A stretch of DNA of 62,581 nucleotides, taken from a virus. The notes beneath the pieces are model-generated. The model did no database searches. It saw only the letters and a list, made by a program, of their open reading frames with translations, and was not told where the DNA came from. A program made the translations under genes and the position numbers. Where the stretch lies: the IMG/VR virus record IMGVR_UViG_3300045988_172680; one strand, 5' to 3'. Shown here piece by piece: positions 38,918 to 47,187 of this stretch (position 1 is its first letter; each line of letters opens with the position of its first letter).

Positions 38918-39877
38918 CTACTTGCTGATGTCGAACACACGCTGGACAAGTTCATCCAGCACACGCCTGCCGCCTTCCCCGCACCTGTTGCCCAGCGCTC
39001 TCGTGAGCGCATAGGCGACGGGGGATTCACCGGCACGCATGGCCTGCGGCCTGCACGCCTCCGTCCACGTCGCCCACCTGAGCAGCGTGCGGGTCGAGAA
39101 GGTCATGCCTTCGAGGGCTTGGGCCCGGGGCACATCGCTGGGCAGCTTCGACTGGTCGCGCACCATGCCCGCCAGCCGAACCATGCCCTTGCGCCGTTCT
39201 TCCGGCAGCGACGGGGCGCGACGGGCAAGCAGGCGCAGCTCCGCGACTTCGGGCAGGAACGTGGCCTCAAGCACCACGAACCTGTCCATGAAGGCGGCAT
39301 TCAGCCTGAGCGTGCCCTGATACCTGCCCGACATGTCGCCGTCGCCGAAGGTGTTCGCCGTGGCGACGAACCGGAATCCGGGATGGGGCATGACAGTCTC
39401 GCCCGTGTCAGGGATGCACAGGGGAGCGCCATCGAGGACAGTGTTCAGCCCCGTCGCCGTGCCCGGGTCGAGCAAGTCCACTTCGTCGATGAGGAAGATG
39501 CCGCCGTGCCGCATGGCCGAAGTCAGCGGGCCGTCCACCCAGACAGTGGCGCCGTCCTTCAGGGCGTGGTGGCCGACAAGTTCGGGAGTCTCCAGCCTGC
39601 TGTGCCCCGTCACCTCATAGACAGGGTAGAGCAGGCGGGACGCGAGCTGCCGGATAAGGCTTGACTTGCCGCAGCCGGTCGGGCCGCCGACGTACAACGG
39701 TTCGGGCTTCTCGCCGCACCACCACAGGAACACGTCCCGGGCCCACGCCGGGTATTCATAGTCGGCCACGCAGGCCGGAGCCAGCGGATGCACAGGGTCG
39801 CCGGTGAAACCGGGAACCAGCTTGCCTGACTTCTTGCCGGTGAAAATCTCACCGAAGTCGTAGAGACAATATTCCAT
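38918..39877 (-). CDS. MoxR/CobS-like AAA+ ATPase
   Basis: Walker A GGPTGCGKSS. Walker B IFLIDEVD. Start trimmed to the ATG with a GGAGG RBS. Confidence 0.65.
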   Translation of the reverse strand: MEYCLYDFGEIFTGKKSGKLVPGFTGDPVHPLAPACVADYEYPAWARDVFLWWCGEKPEPLYVGGPTGCGKSSLIRQLASRLLYPVYEVTGHSRLETPELVGHHALKDGATVWVDGPLTSAMRHGGIFLIDEVDLLDPGTATGLNTVLDGAPLCIPDTGETVMPHPGFRFVATANTFGDGDMSGRYQGTLRLNAAFMDRFVVLEATFLPEVAELRLLARRAPSLPEERRKGMVRLAGMVRDQSKLPSDVPRAQALEGMTFSTRTLLRWATWTEACRPQAMRAGESPVAYALTRALGNRCGEGGRRVLDELVQRVFDISK

Positions 39878-39878
39878 G

Positions 39879-40208
39879 TTACACCTCCACTTCCACGACT
39901 TCGTTCGTGCTCTCCAGCACCCTGTCGCCGTAGTGCCATTCCCAGTTCTTGCGGAACCAACGGCTACCCAGCCCCAGGGCCAGCATGACGGCATTGAGCC
40001 GGGCAGCCGTCGTCATGGTGCCCCACCCAGCCATCGTCAGATGCATCCCACGGGACGCGGAGTTCTCGCCGATGACGTGGCCGTGCAACTTCAACACGGC
40101 GCAGGAGGGGAAAGTGACGACGACTTCCGTGTTGTCCCGGCGGAAGGGACGGCGCTCGATGAACGCCTGCGCGGCGGCCTTGGAAATCTTGTTGTTTGGT
40201 CTACACAT
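39879..40208 (-). CDS. Hypothetical protein (about 109 aa)
   Basis: Start trimmed to the ATG with a GGAGAAG RBS. Confidence 0.3.
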   Translation of the reverse strand: MCRPNNKISKAAAQAFIERRPFRRDNTEVVVTFPSCAVLKLHGHVIGENSASRGMHLTMAGWGTMTTAARLNAVMLALGLGSRWFRKNWEWHYGDRVLESTNEVVEVEV

Positions 40209-40366
40209 GGTGGTGCTTCTCCATATAGCCTGCCCAAGTGGCAGGGTCAGCGGGGTTGAGGTCAGGGTCGTCCCATGAAACGGGGACGATGAACGCGCCG
40301 GGCTGCGCCAGACGCAAGGACTCAAGGTCGAGAAAGACTTCACCGGTCACGAGGTCGAGGAAGGGT

Positions 40367-40771
40367 CTACGCATGGCCGCACCTGTCATCATCGGACATG
40401 TCCGGGATGATGCTCGACGCCAGCATGGCCAGCGGCTCACGAACATCGGAGAAGGCCCCGGCTTCGACGCCGACCTTGAGCAGTCTGTCGCACATAGCCA
40501 AGATGATGGCGCCGGTAACTTCAGGTTCGGCATGTCCCGTCAGCAGCAGGCCAGCGTCGAAGTCGTCCTGCGTCATAGCGTCAGCGCTGGAAGCAGCCGA
40601 GACAGCGCCCCAGCACACCAACACGAGTTCGTTGGAGGCTTCACTCTTCGGCGTGGTGACGACACGGGAATGGTGAAGTTCTTTTGTGAGGTCAACATCT
40701 TCATGCCCCGTTACCTTGGCAATGCCCCGGTAAGTTTTTTCCATCAGCACACGGATGTCAGACAATTTCAT
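40367..40771 (-). CDS. Hypothetical protein (134 aa)
   Basis: RBS AGGAGAAAG. Confidence 0.4.
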   Translation of the reverse strand: MKLSDIRVLMEKTYRGIAKVTGHEDVDLTKELHHSRVVTTPKSEASNELVLVCWGAVSAASSADAMTQDDFDAGLLLTGHAEPEVTGAIILAMCDRLLKVGVEAGAFSDVREPLAMLASSIIPDMSDDDRCGHA

Positions 40772-40816
40772 AGTGCTTTCTCCTGAAAGCCCGGCCCCAA
40801 GAGGCCGGGGTAAAGG

Positions 40817-41104
40817 TTATTCAGCCAGTGTCAACTTGCGCCACGCGGTCAGCACCTGTTGCACGGTGCTGTTGTTACGCGGATGCTGCACGAGGTAAAG
40901 ATTACCGTCGTGCCATTCGAACGCCACGATGGGCGGGAACCAAGATTCTTCGTCGAGCTGTTTCCAGATTGCCGCCTGCAATTCATCCGGCGTTACCGGA
41001 TTGCAGGGAAGGCTTGCCGGATACATCACCTCGACAAGCCGCCATGCCGCACGTCCTTTACGGGTCTTACTGGCGTTGAGGATACGATACAATTTCACGG
41101 CCAT
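40817..41104 (-). CDS. Hypothetical protein (about 95 aa), first gene of the leftward early operon
   Basis: Start trimmed to the ATG with a GGGAGG RBS. Confidence 0.35.
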   Translation of the reverse strand: MAVKLYRILNASKTRKGRAAWRLVEVMYPASLPCNPVTPDELQAAIWKQLDEESWFPPIVAFEWHDGNLYLVQHPRNNSTVQQVLTAWRKLTLAE

Positions 41105-41229
41105 TTTGTGTGTCCTCCCTCGACACTTTTTGAGGTTGAAGAACAAAGTGAGTAGCCTTGTGCGAGTAAGAAGGTAGAGAAGGTGAGGAAGGCTACTCAC
41201 AAAAGATTGAAAGTTTTACGGCTCTGCGG

Positions 41230-41460
41230 GATAAAACGGCCAAGATTTGAGGAAGGCGAAAAACAACACAAAAAACATATGCAAAAACGAAAAACACGCA
41301 ACATTCTCAACCCGCGAAAAATCCCCAGAAAAAGCCCCAAAATCGGCAGAAAAATTCAAAAGAAATTTCTTCTGTGAGAAGGAAGAATATATATAATATA
41401 TATATAATATATAATATATTATTATTATTGTATTTTTTCTTTTCTTCTCCCTTGCTGTTT
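41230..41460. promoter_or_regulatory. AT-rich, A-tract/(TA)n-rich region; possible DNA-unwinding element and early promoter region
   Basis: Oligo-A tracts (aaaaacaacacaaaaaac, aaaaacgaaaaac) and atatataatatatatataatatataatatattattattatt, in an otherwise high-GC genome. Confidence 0.4.
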
Positions 41461-41509
41461 GGGGACATGCAGCTTTTGCAGGAATCTTCACAGCAAAATG
41501 AAAGTTTAC

Positions 41510-41691
41510 TCTCTCGCGTAAGTCAAACTGTGAAACTTTTGCGCGTAGGTAGAACTTTCGCGAGTGTTCATCGTTTTCTCGCAACTTTTTTCTTGCATTG
41601 TTGCATTTTTTTGCAGCACTCTCGCGAAAGTTTCACCTACGCGCAAAAGTTTTACACTTCATCTTTCGCGAGTGCGAAACTTTCGCGAGTG
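41510..41691. promoter_or_regulatory. Cluster of CTTTCGCGAG(TG) boxes with a 37-bp imperfect inverted repeat; operator- or iteron-like
   Basis: Boxes sit at about 41510, 41555, 41617 (inverted), 41664 and 41680. The inverted-repeat arms are 41530..41566 and 41617..41657. The revcomp of the second arm is GTGTAAAACTTTTGCGCGTAGGTGAAACTTTCGCGAGAGTG, against the first arm GTGAAACTTTTGCGCGTAGGTAGAACTTTCGCGAGTG. Confidence 0.5.
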
Positions 41692-41791
41692 TGAAAATCA
41701 GGTAAAAATCATGGAAAAATAACACTCGAAAAAGTATATTTTCTTTTTGAGAAATATTCTTAAATTTAACGTAAGTTGTTTTTTGCTTCGC

Positions 41792-42005
41792 CTTCTATGA
41801 GTATTCCTGCAAAGGCGCACACGGCATGTCGTACAACTTCCGTAAGTATTCCTGCAAAGGCGCACACGGCATGTCGTACAACTTCCGTAAGTATTCCTGC
41901 GTAGGCGCACACGGCATGTCGTACAACTTCCGTAAGTATTCCTGCGTAGGCGCACACGGCATGTCGTACAACTTCCGTAAGTATTCCTGCAAAGGCGCAC
42001 ACGAC
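41792..42005. repeat. 45-bp tandem direct repeat, about 4.5 copies
   Basis: Unit CGTAAGTATTCCTGC(AAA/GTA)GGCGCACACGGCATGTCGTACAACTTC. Copies start at 41801, 41846, 41891, 41936 and 41981, the last truncated. The in-frame ORFs across it are repeat artefacts. Confidence 0.85.
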
Positions 42006-42252
42006 GTAATAGTTTAACGCCATGTGCCAGTCAAACATGGGCCGCTATGTCTGACTTGCACACGCAGTATGCTTGTCAGACATCGGCCCTTTGTGTCGTG
42101 TCTTCACACCACACGACACTTGCCGCACACGTTCACACTGGACGCGCCAGATTACTGGAGCGCACCACCATGTGCGGTTCCATCGTTTACCTATCACTCA
42201 GGCGGGTATCCCAGCCATAGGGGCACCACATGGAAGCGGGAGGGCTGCGTTT

Positions 42253-42924
42253 TTATTCTTCGTAGAATTCCTTGAACATGGTCTTTACAATCTTGAGCGC
42301 ATCCTGAAGTTCGGAATATCCGCGCTCACCGGCACGCTTGGCCGTCGACGACTTGTTGTTACGGCGTGCCCAGTTGAGCAACGCCAGCAGCTCCCGCTCC
42401 GAAGCGGTCAAGCCGTCTTCCTTGATGTACTTGGCCTCGGCTGTAGGCGCGGACAGGAAGTCCGCGAAGTCAGGGTGCGCCAGCGCGCGGCGTGCCCGGG
42501 CAAGTTCTTCCTTGGCCTCGGGGCTGATCTTTTCGGCAGCCCATGCGAATGCATCGCCGCCGTTCTGCTTCCTCTCCTGCGCATCGGTGAGGCGCAGGAT
42601 GGACTTTGACCGCGCAATCGTGGGCTTGCCCTTGTCATCGGCAGCGAGGCCGCCGAACAGGCCAAGCGCATACTTGGTCAACTGCGCCGTGCAATTGACG
42701 TGGCACGCCTTGAAGGCGGCGTGTGCGGCGTTCAGGTAGCCGAGACTTGACCGATGCGCCGCTTGCCGGGCAGCGGCCAGCGCAATGCGGGCAGCGGCCT
42801 TTTCAACGGCGGCACCGGCGGCCAGCAGTTCGTCGACATAGGTCTTCCAGACCTTCGCCGTGGGCACGGCGCTGGGCTTGCTGGTCTGGGTCTGGGTCTG
42901 GGTCTGGGTCTGGGTCTGGGTCAT
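42253..42924 (-). CDS. Hypothetical protein (223 aa) with an N-terminal (TQ)7
   Basis: RBS GGAGG. (GGTCTG)7 hexanucleotide repeat directly after the start codon. Confidence 0.4.
   Translation of the reverse strand: MTQTQTQTQTQTQTSKPSAVPTAKVWKTYVDELLAAGAAVEKAAARIALAAARQAAHRSSLGYLNAAHAAFKACHVNCTAQLTKYALGLFGGLAADDKGKPTIARSKSILRLTDAQERKQNGGDAFAWAAEKISPEAKEELARARRALAHPDFADFLSAPTAEAKYIKEDGLTASERELLALLNWARRNNKSSTAKRAGERGYSELQDALKIVKTMFKEFYEE
42882..42923. repeat. (GGTCTG)7 hexanucleotide microsatellite in the coding 5' end
   Basis: Visible directly. Confidence 0.85.
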
Positions 42925-43189
42925 GGTAGTACCTCCATTTCCAGCCCTTCCCGCTTCCGTGTGGTGTCCCTATGTCTGGCCTGCGCTGTGCCGGTGCATC
43001 CGTGCCCCTTGCGTGGTCTTCCGGCGGGCACCTTGCCCCCTGTCGACGTGGCACGATGGCAGACGCGAGGGGGGCGCTTGTGGGCACCTAGGCGCTGGGA
43101 GGCGCAAGGCAGATGGGCGGGCAGGCCGCATTGTCAAATAGCGAGGCAGGGGAGGCTTTCCGCTAGGCGGTTCCTTCTTCCTGTTAAGG

Positions 43190-43220
43190 TTATACTGGCA
43201 CAGATAAGGGGGGCTGTCAA
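43190..43220 (-). promoter_or_regulatory. Candidate sigma70-like promoter for the 42924 gene (TTGACA, about 18-19 nt, AGTATA)
   Basis: On the minus strand, a perfect -35 TTGACA (43220..43215) and a weak -10. Spacing is marginal. Confidence 0.25.
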
Positions 43221-43283
43221 TAACGTATTTTATATACAGGGAAGTTCAATGATTTCAGGTACTTAGGCGGTGGTCTGGGCGCG

Positions 43284-43325
43284 AGGTGGGTGGCGCGTTC
43301 GGCGAGGTGGGTGGCGCGTTCGGCG
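43284..43325. repeat. 21-bp tandem repeat (GAGGTGGGTGGCGCGTTCGGC, two copies plus a degenerate third) in the divergent intergenic region
   Basis: Visible directly. Confidence 0.7.
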
Positions 43326-43532
43326 AGGGCCGGGTGGGTTTGGACGGCGGTTTCGCTGACCTGTAGAGAAAACATATACTCTGTGCTGCGCTCACAACCT
43401 TCTCCACCTTCGTAACCCTCCCACTATGCATCACTATTTCAAATTACTTCCTCCCCCTTACCCCACCCCATCTGGACAGGCCCCCACCCTCGAATATCTT
43501 CGCGTCTGTCGGGAAAAATTTTTGTTATCTCC

Positions 43533-43561
43533 TTGCTGTATTGCTGCTGTTGTTGTATATA
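43533..43561 (+). promoter_or_regulatory. Candidate sigma70-like promoter (TTGCTG, 17 nt, TATATA) upstream of the exonuclease gene
   Basis: -35 TTGCTG, a 17-nt spacer and -10 TATATA, about 25 nt upstream of the AGGAGG RBS and ATG at 43586. Confidence 0.4.
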
Positions 43562-43585
43562 CCTCTGAAACACCAGGAGGCATAC

Positions 43586-44260
43586 ATGAATAAGGAAGGA
43601 TATGGTATCGAACGGGGGTGGCTGACCGAACACATACGCGTGGACCACACTCTGTCGCATGTGGTCATAGACATCGAAACCCTCGGGCTTGGTCTCAGAC
43701 CTGTCATCATCGCCATCGGTGCCGTGGCCCTCGACGAACACTACGAAGTCATCGGCAGGTTCTATCGTGCCGTTCGTGGTGACGACCAGCCGGGCCGCAC
43801 CATGGATTATGATACGGTACGGTGGTGGGCCCTGAAGACCAGTCCTGCCGCACGGGAAGCGGTATTCCATGCCGATGCTTATGCCCTGCGGCGGGCAGTG
43901 GTAAATTTTGTGGATTGGGTCATGCCGGACCCTGACATGATGTCCTTCGCCGATGTGCAGTTCTGGGGAAAGGGACCGGAGTTCGACAATGTCAACTGGC
44001 GCGATGCGATTGCGTGCTATGATGATTCCGATTTCTTGTCGAAGGTGTGGACATACCGGAACAACCAGTCGCTCAGGACCGTAGAGCGCATGGTGAAGTC
44101 CCTCGGTATCACCGTCGAAGTTCCTGATACTGCCATCGCACATCATGCTCTGTGCGATGCGGAGTGGGAAGCCGAGTATTTGCGGCAGGCCATGCACAAG
44201 ATTCTGGCTCTGGCTTCTAAGCCCCTTTTTGCCGTGGAGGCCGTGGACTATGACGTATAG
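43586..44260 (+). CDS. DnaQ-like 3'-5' exonuclease (DEDDh)
   Basis: Exo I VIDIETLGL. Exo III HHALCDAEW. Start trimmed to the ATG with an AGGAGG RBS. Confidence 0.6.
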   Translation: MNKEGYGIERGWLTEHIRVDHTLSHVVIDIETLGLGLRPVIIAIGAVALDEHYEVIGRFYRAVRGDDQPGRTMDYDTVRWWALKTSPAAREAVFHADAYALRRAVVNFVDWVMPDPDMMSFADVQFWGKGPEFDNVNWRDAIACYDDSDFLSKVWTYRNNQSLRTVERMVKSLGITVEVPDTAIAHHALCDAEWEAEYLRQAMHKILALASKPLFAVEAVDYDV

Positions 44261-45014
44261 CCTGGCGGGACAGACCATCACCGCTCCTGACGCGGGTGGG
44301 CATGGCCTGGATATGAGCAACGGGCAGGACTGGCTGGTGGAGGATTGCCTCATCGACCTGTCGGCCTGCCCGCTGGATAAGCTGGATGAGGCCGTGGGCG
44401 TGACCTGGGGCAGCAGTGCCGTTTTTCGACGCTGTGTCATCCGGGGAGCGGGCAAGCTGGTGCTGTGCGGCTCCGGGGATACGGATAAAGTGAATATTGA
44501 ACGCGGCAAGACCGTCATTTTCGAGGACTGTATCCTCGAAGACTTCGGGCGGCGGGGACCGGAAGCGCAGTCCGGTATGCGGGTCATGTTGCGAGGCTGC
44601 CTGATTCGCAATTGGTGTGCTCCAGACCGTTTCGACGTGCGGTCCTTCGGGGCCTGGGCGCATCACGGCGGCAGCATCGAGGCCGTGGACTGCGTCTTTG
44701 ACCAGCCCCGTGCTTGGCGCGGCTGGCATATCATGGTGAGGGACTGGCTGGCCCATCTGGGGCAGGCATGGAACGACGAAGGCCTGCGCGGCCTGTTGCG
44801 TCCGGCCAACTGGCTGCCCGGTGTCTGCCGGGGACTGGTGGCCACAGCGGGAGGACAGGTCCGGGCCGAGAACTGCCATGCCACACGCTGGTGGATACGT
44901 CTTGAAGGGCACCGTGGCCCGCGTATGGGCCGCAGCCAGGCGCAGGCGCTCATGGCCAGGAAAATTCGCAGCGAAGCACATTCTCCTGTTGACGCCGAGG
45001 CTTCTTCCGAGTAG
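44250..45014 (+). CDS. Right-handed beta-helix repeat protein, putative (about 254 aa)
   Basis: Periodic motifs of about 22 aa (AVFRRCVIRGAGKLVLCG, TVIFEDCILEDFG, RVMLRGCLIRNWC, IEAVDCVFDQP). ATGA-type overlap with the upstream stop. Confidence 0.35.
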   Translation: MTYSLAGQTITAPDAGGHGLDMSNGQDWLVEDCLIDLSACPLDKLDEAVGVTWGSSAVFRRCVIRGAGKLVLCGSGDTDKVNIERGKTVIFEDCILEDFGRRGPEAQSGMRVMLRGCLIRNWCAPDRFDVRSFGAWAHHGGSIEAVDCVFDQPRAWRGWHIMVRDWLAHLGQAWNDEGLRGLLRPANWLPGVCRGLVATAGGQVRAENCHATRWWIRLEGHRGPRMGRSQAQALMARKIRSEAHSPVDAEASSE

Positions 45015-45452
45015 GTTCAGCCAACAGCAAGACGATGCGTCGTTTGCTGTCGGGTGACTGCACACCCGATGTGTTTCTGGGGTACTCGACCGGACGCCGA
45101 CCCCGAAACGCCGAACTTAAAATCCCCGCCCCATACCGCCTGCGGTTGAGCTGATGGGGCGGGGTGCCATATTTTACGGCTTGACACGGACAAACGCCGC
45201 TGCAATATTGATATTTGTACCCCGGGGGCATCTGTAGACGGACGGCCCCGCCAAAAGAAAAGGCACGCTGGATACGGCTTGCTGTTGACTATGGCGCGCC
45301 CCTGGGGTACAACTACATCACCTGAACGCTGTCCCGGGTGAAACAAGGGTGATACGCCCGGGGTGTTGCAGGGACCGGATACATTCCTGTGAAGTCAGTC
45401 GGCGAACGCGGCGACTGTGGATTGAAACCTGGTGAGCCACACCTTTCAGAAC

Positions 45453-45484
45453 CCTCCCGTTCTCCGACGCGGGAGGGTTTTTTG
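45453..45484 (+). terminator. Rho-independent terminator
   Basis: CCCTCCCG, loop, CGGGAGGG followed by TTTTTTG. Confidence 0.65.
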
Positions 45485-45537
45485 TTGACCTTTGCAACTT
45501 ACTATGCTTTACTATGCATCACAACAAGGAGGAAGAT

Positions 45538-46053
45538 ATGGCTGTCATCATCCCGTGCAGGCTCAAACTCTCGGGAGCGAAGGTCCCGTGTCGCATGAGC
45601 GGCGGCGCCGTGGGGTTCGACCTTTGGGGTGCGAAGCTCACACGGCGGAATGGGGTCTACTGTTTCGATACCGGTGTGGAGATGGAGTTGCCCGTGGGGT
45701 TCGCCGGTTTGCTCGTGGCCCGCAGTTCTGTGGTGTGTTCCGGTCTGGAGATGATGGGCAGCGGTGTCCAGGTCATCGACCCTGATTATCGGGGCACGGT
45801 GAAGGTGTTGTTCCGCAAAGCGGACAGTGTGCAGGCCAGAGGCGCCGCGTCGCTCCTGCGCAAGCCGACTGTGGCCTACTATGAGGGCCAGAGAGTGGCG
45901 CAGCTCATCATCGTGCCGACCATCATGGCTCCGGCGCTCGTGGTCGCCGACATCAACAAGGGTCTCAGCATCGACGTTGAGTTCGCCGTGGTCGAGGAAT
46001 TGTCGCACACCTACAGGGAAACGAAGGGCTTCGGGTCCACGGGAGGCGACTGA
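45538..46053 (+). CDS. dut: dUTP diphosphatase (trimeric dUTPase)
   Basis: Motifs GAVGFDL, ARSS, GVQVIDPDYRG and RETKGFGSTG. RBS AAGGAGGAAG. Confidence 0.75.
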   Translation: MAVIIPCRLKLSGAKVPCRMSGGAVGFDLWGAKLTRRNGVYCFDTGVEMELPVGFAGLLVARSSVVCSGLEMMGSGVQVIDPDYRGTVKVLFRKADSVQARGAASLLRKPTVAYYEGQRVAQLIIVPTIMAPALVVADINKGLSIDVEFAVVEELSHTYRETKGFGSTGGD

Positions 46054-46349
46054 TGCTGACACTGTCGGAATATCGCATCCTGAAGGCCGTGGCTGACCTG
46101 CCAAGGGGTCAGGCGTTCGGCTATGTGCTGGGTCTCAGGGCATTCGCGTCGTTACCGCCCAGGAAACCTTCCGCGCGGTATCGGCAGGGTATTGCCATGC
46201 GGGCCTGCGCGATGGCCAACAAGCTGTGTGGCAAGGGGTTCCTCATGCGCATCGGACTGCCCAGACATCGCGGCAATGTGCGTGGGTATTACCTTTTGAC
46301 CCCGGATGGAGAAGCTGTGCTGGCTGCATGGCTCAAGGAGGACAACTGA
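46053..46349 (+). CDS. Small putative winged-helix DNA-binding protein (98 aa)
   Basis: ORF with overlapping stop/start. Basic, with an HTH-like segment. Confidence 0.3.
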   Translation: MLTLSEYRILKAVADLPRGQAFGYVLGLRAFASLPPRKPSARYRQGIAMRACAMANKLCGKGFLMRIGLPRHRGNVRGYYLLTPDGEAVLAAWLKEDN

Positions 46350-46350
46350 T

Positions 46351-46992
46351 ATGCGTGTTCGGCTGATGAAAGAGTTTGGGTACGAAGAGGCCCTGTTCGG
46401 TATCGGGCTGTCGTATGGGAAGGTGTCTGGGTATGCGACGCCTGAAGAGGCCCAGCAGCATGATGCATGGTCCAGGCTGTGCGAACTGGCGCCGCAGCTC
46501 GCGTTGTACGGCGTCGGTGGCCACGACAAGTTCCTGCGTCAGCTTGGTGTCATCCTCGACATCACGGCGCCGCTGTACTGGTGGAAGCAGATGGACACCT
46601 ACAAGGTGTCCACCGTGGCCCAGTCCGAGTCCACGATGCACACGCTGATGAAGAAGCCTGTCACGAAGGATTGCTTCGAGTTCGGGTATGTTCCTGATTT
46701 TTACATCGACTTCCTGGAAGACTTGCGGAAGCACAAGGATTTCAGCAAGCTCAACGCCTGTCTCCCGCAGAGCTGGTTGCAGCGTCGCATCTGGACGGGG
46801 AACTATGCGGTCCTGAAGAACATCATCTTGCAGCGTGAGAACCACAAGCTCCCTGAGTGGAAATTTTTCTTCGACGCGCTTTTACCTACCCTGAGTCATC
46901 CTGAACTGTTACCTGTGCGACATTCTTTAAGCAGGGCCGACACTACGGCGAAAGCCTCTGCTGAGGATGAGACACTTTCCGGGAAGGGTTAA
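46351..46992 (+). CDS. ThyX-family (flavin-dependent thymidylate synthase-like) protein with a non-canonical active-site motif
   Basis: Aligns to the ThyX core: GHDKFLRQLGVILDITAPLYWWKQMDTYKVSTVAQSESTMH against [40 protein letters not shown], and LPQSWLQRRIWTGNYAVLKNIILQR against [24 protein letters not shown]. The canonical RHR is replaced by TYK. Confidence 0.45.
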   Translation: MRVRLMKEFGYEEALFGIGLSYGKVSGYATPEEAQQHDAWSRLCELAPQLALYGVGGHDKFLRQLGVILDITAPLYWWKQMDTYKVSTVAQSESTMHTLMKKPVTKDCFEFGYVPDFYIDFLEDLRKHKDFSKLNACLPQSWLQRRIWTGNYAVLKNIILQRENHKLPEWKFFFDALLPTLSHPELLPVRHSLSRADTTAKASAEDETLSGKG

Positions 46993-46995
46993 TCC

Positions 46996-47187
46996 ATGTC
47001 TCGTGTGTACTGGGTAGTGGCCTTCGCCGTCGCTCTTGTTGTTTTCGGTGTCGTGACCGATGTGTTCGGTGTGCTATATACGCTGTCCATTATGCCGGGA
47101 TGGGTCCAGGCCGGGGCCGTTGTTCGCATCGTCCTGATGCTGATATGGCTCGTGGTCATAATCTCCGACTTCCTGGAGAACAGATAA
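46996..47187 (+). CDS. Small membrane protein (63 aa, two TM segments)
   Basis: Hydrophobic segments VVAFAVALVVFGVV and IVLMLIWLVVIISDF. Confidence 0.4.
   Translation: MSRVYWVVAFAVALVVFGVVTDVFGVLYTLSIMPGWVQAGAVVRIVLMLIWLVVIISDFLENR

Noticed and set aside
41792-42005. CRISPR array or coding ORFs across the 45-bp tandem repeat
   Set aside because: The units are contiguous with no unique spacers, so this is not CRISPR. ORFs open in every frame on both strands (41698..42038) are a consequence of a stop-free repeat unit. They have no start context.
45015-45537. tRNA genes in intergenic regions (also 41105..42252, 42925..43585 and 48421..48796)
   Set aside because: The hairpins present (for example CCCCGCCCCA...TGGGGCGGGG at about 45122..45165, ATGTCTGAC...GTCAGACAT at 42048..42083, and GCGGCTC-GTTA-GAGCCGC at about 48125) do not form cloverleaf arrangements with a T-arm GTTCRA motif. 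This was a manual inspection only; tRNAscan-SE would be decisive.
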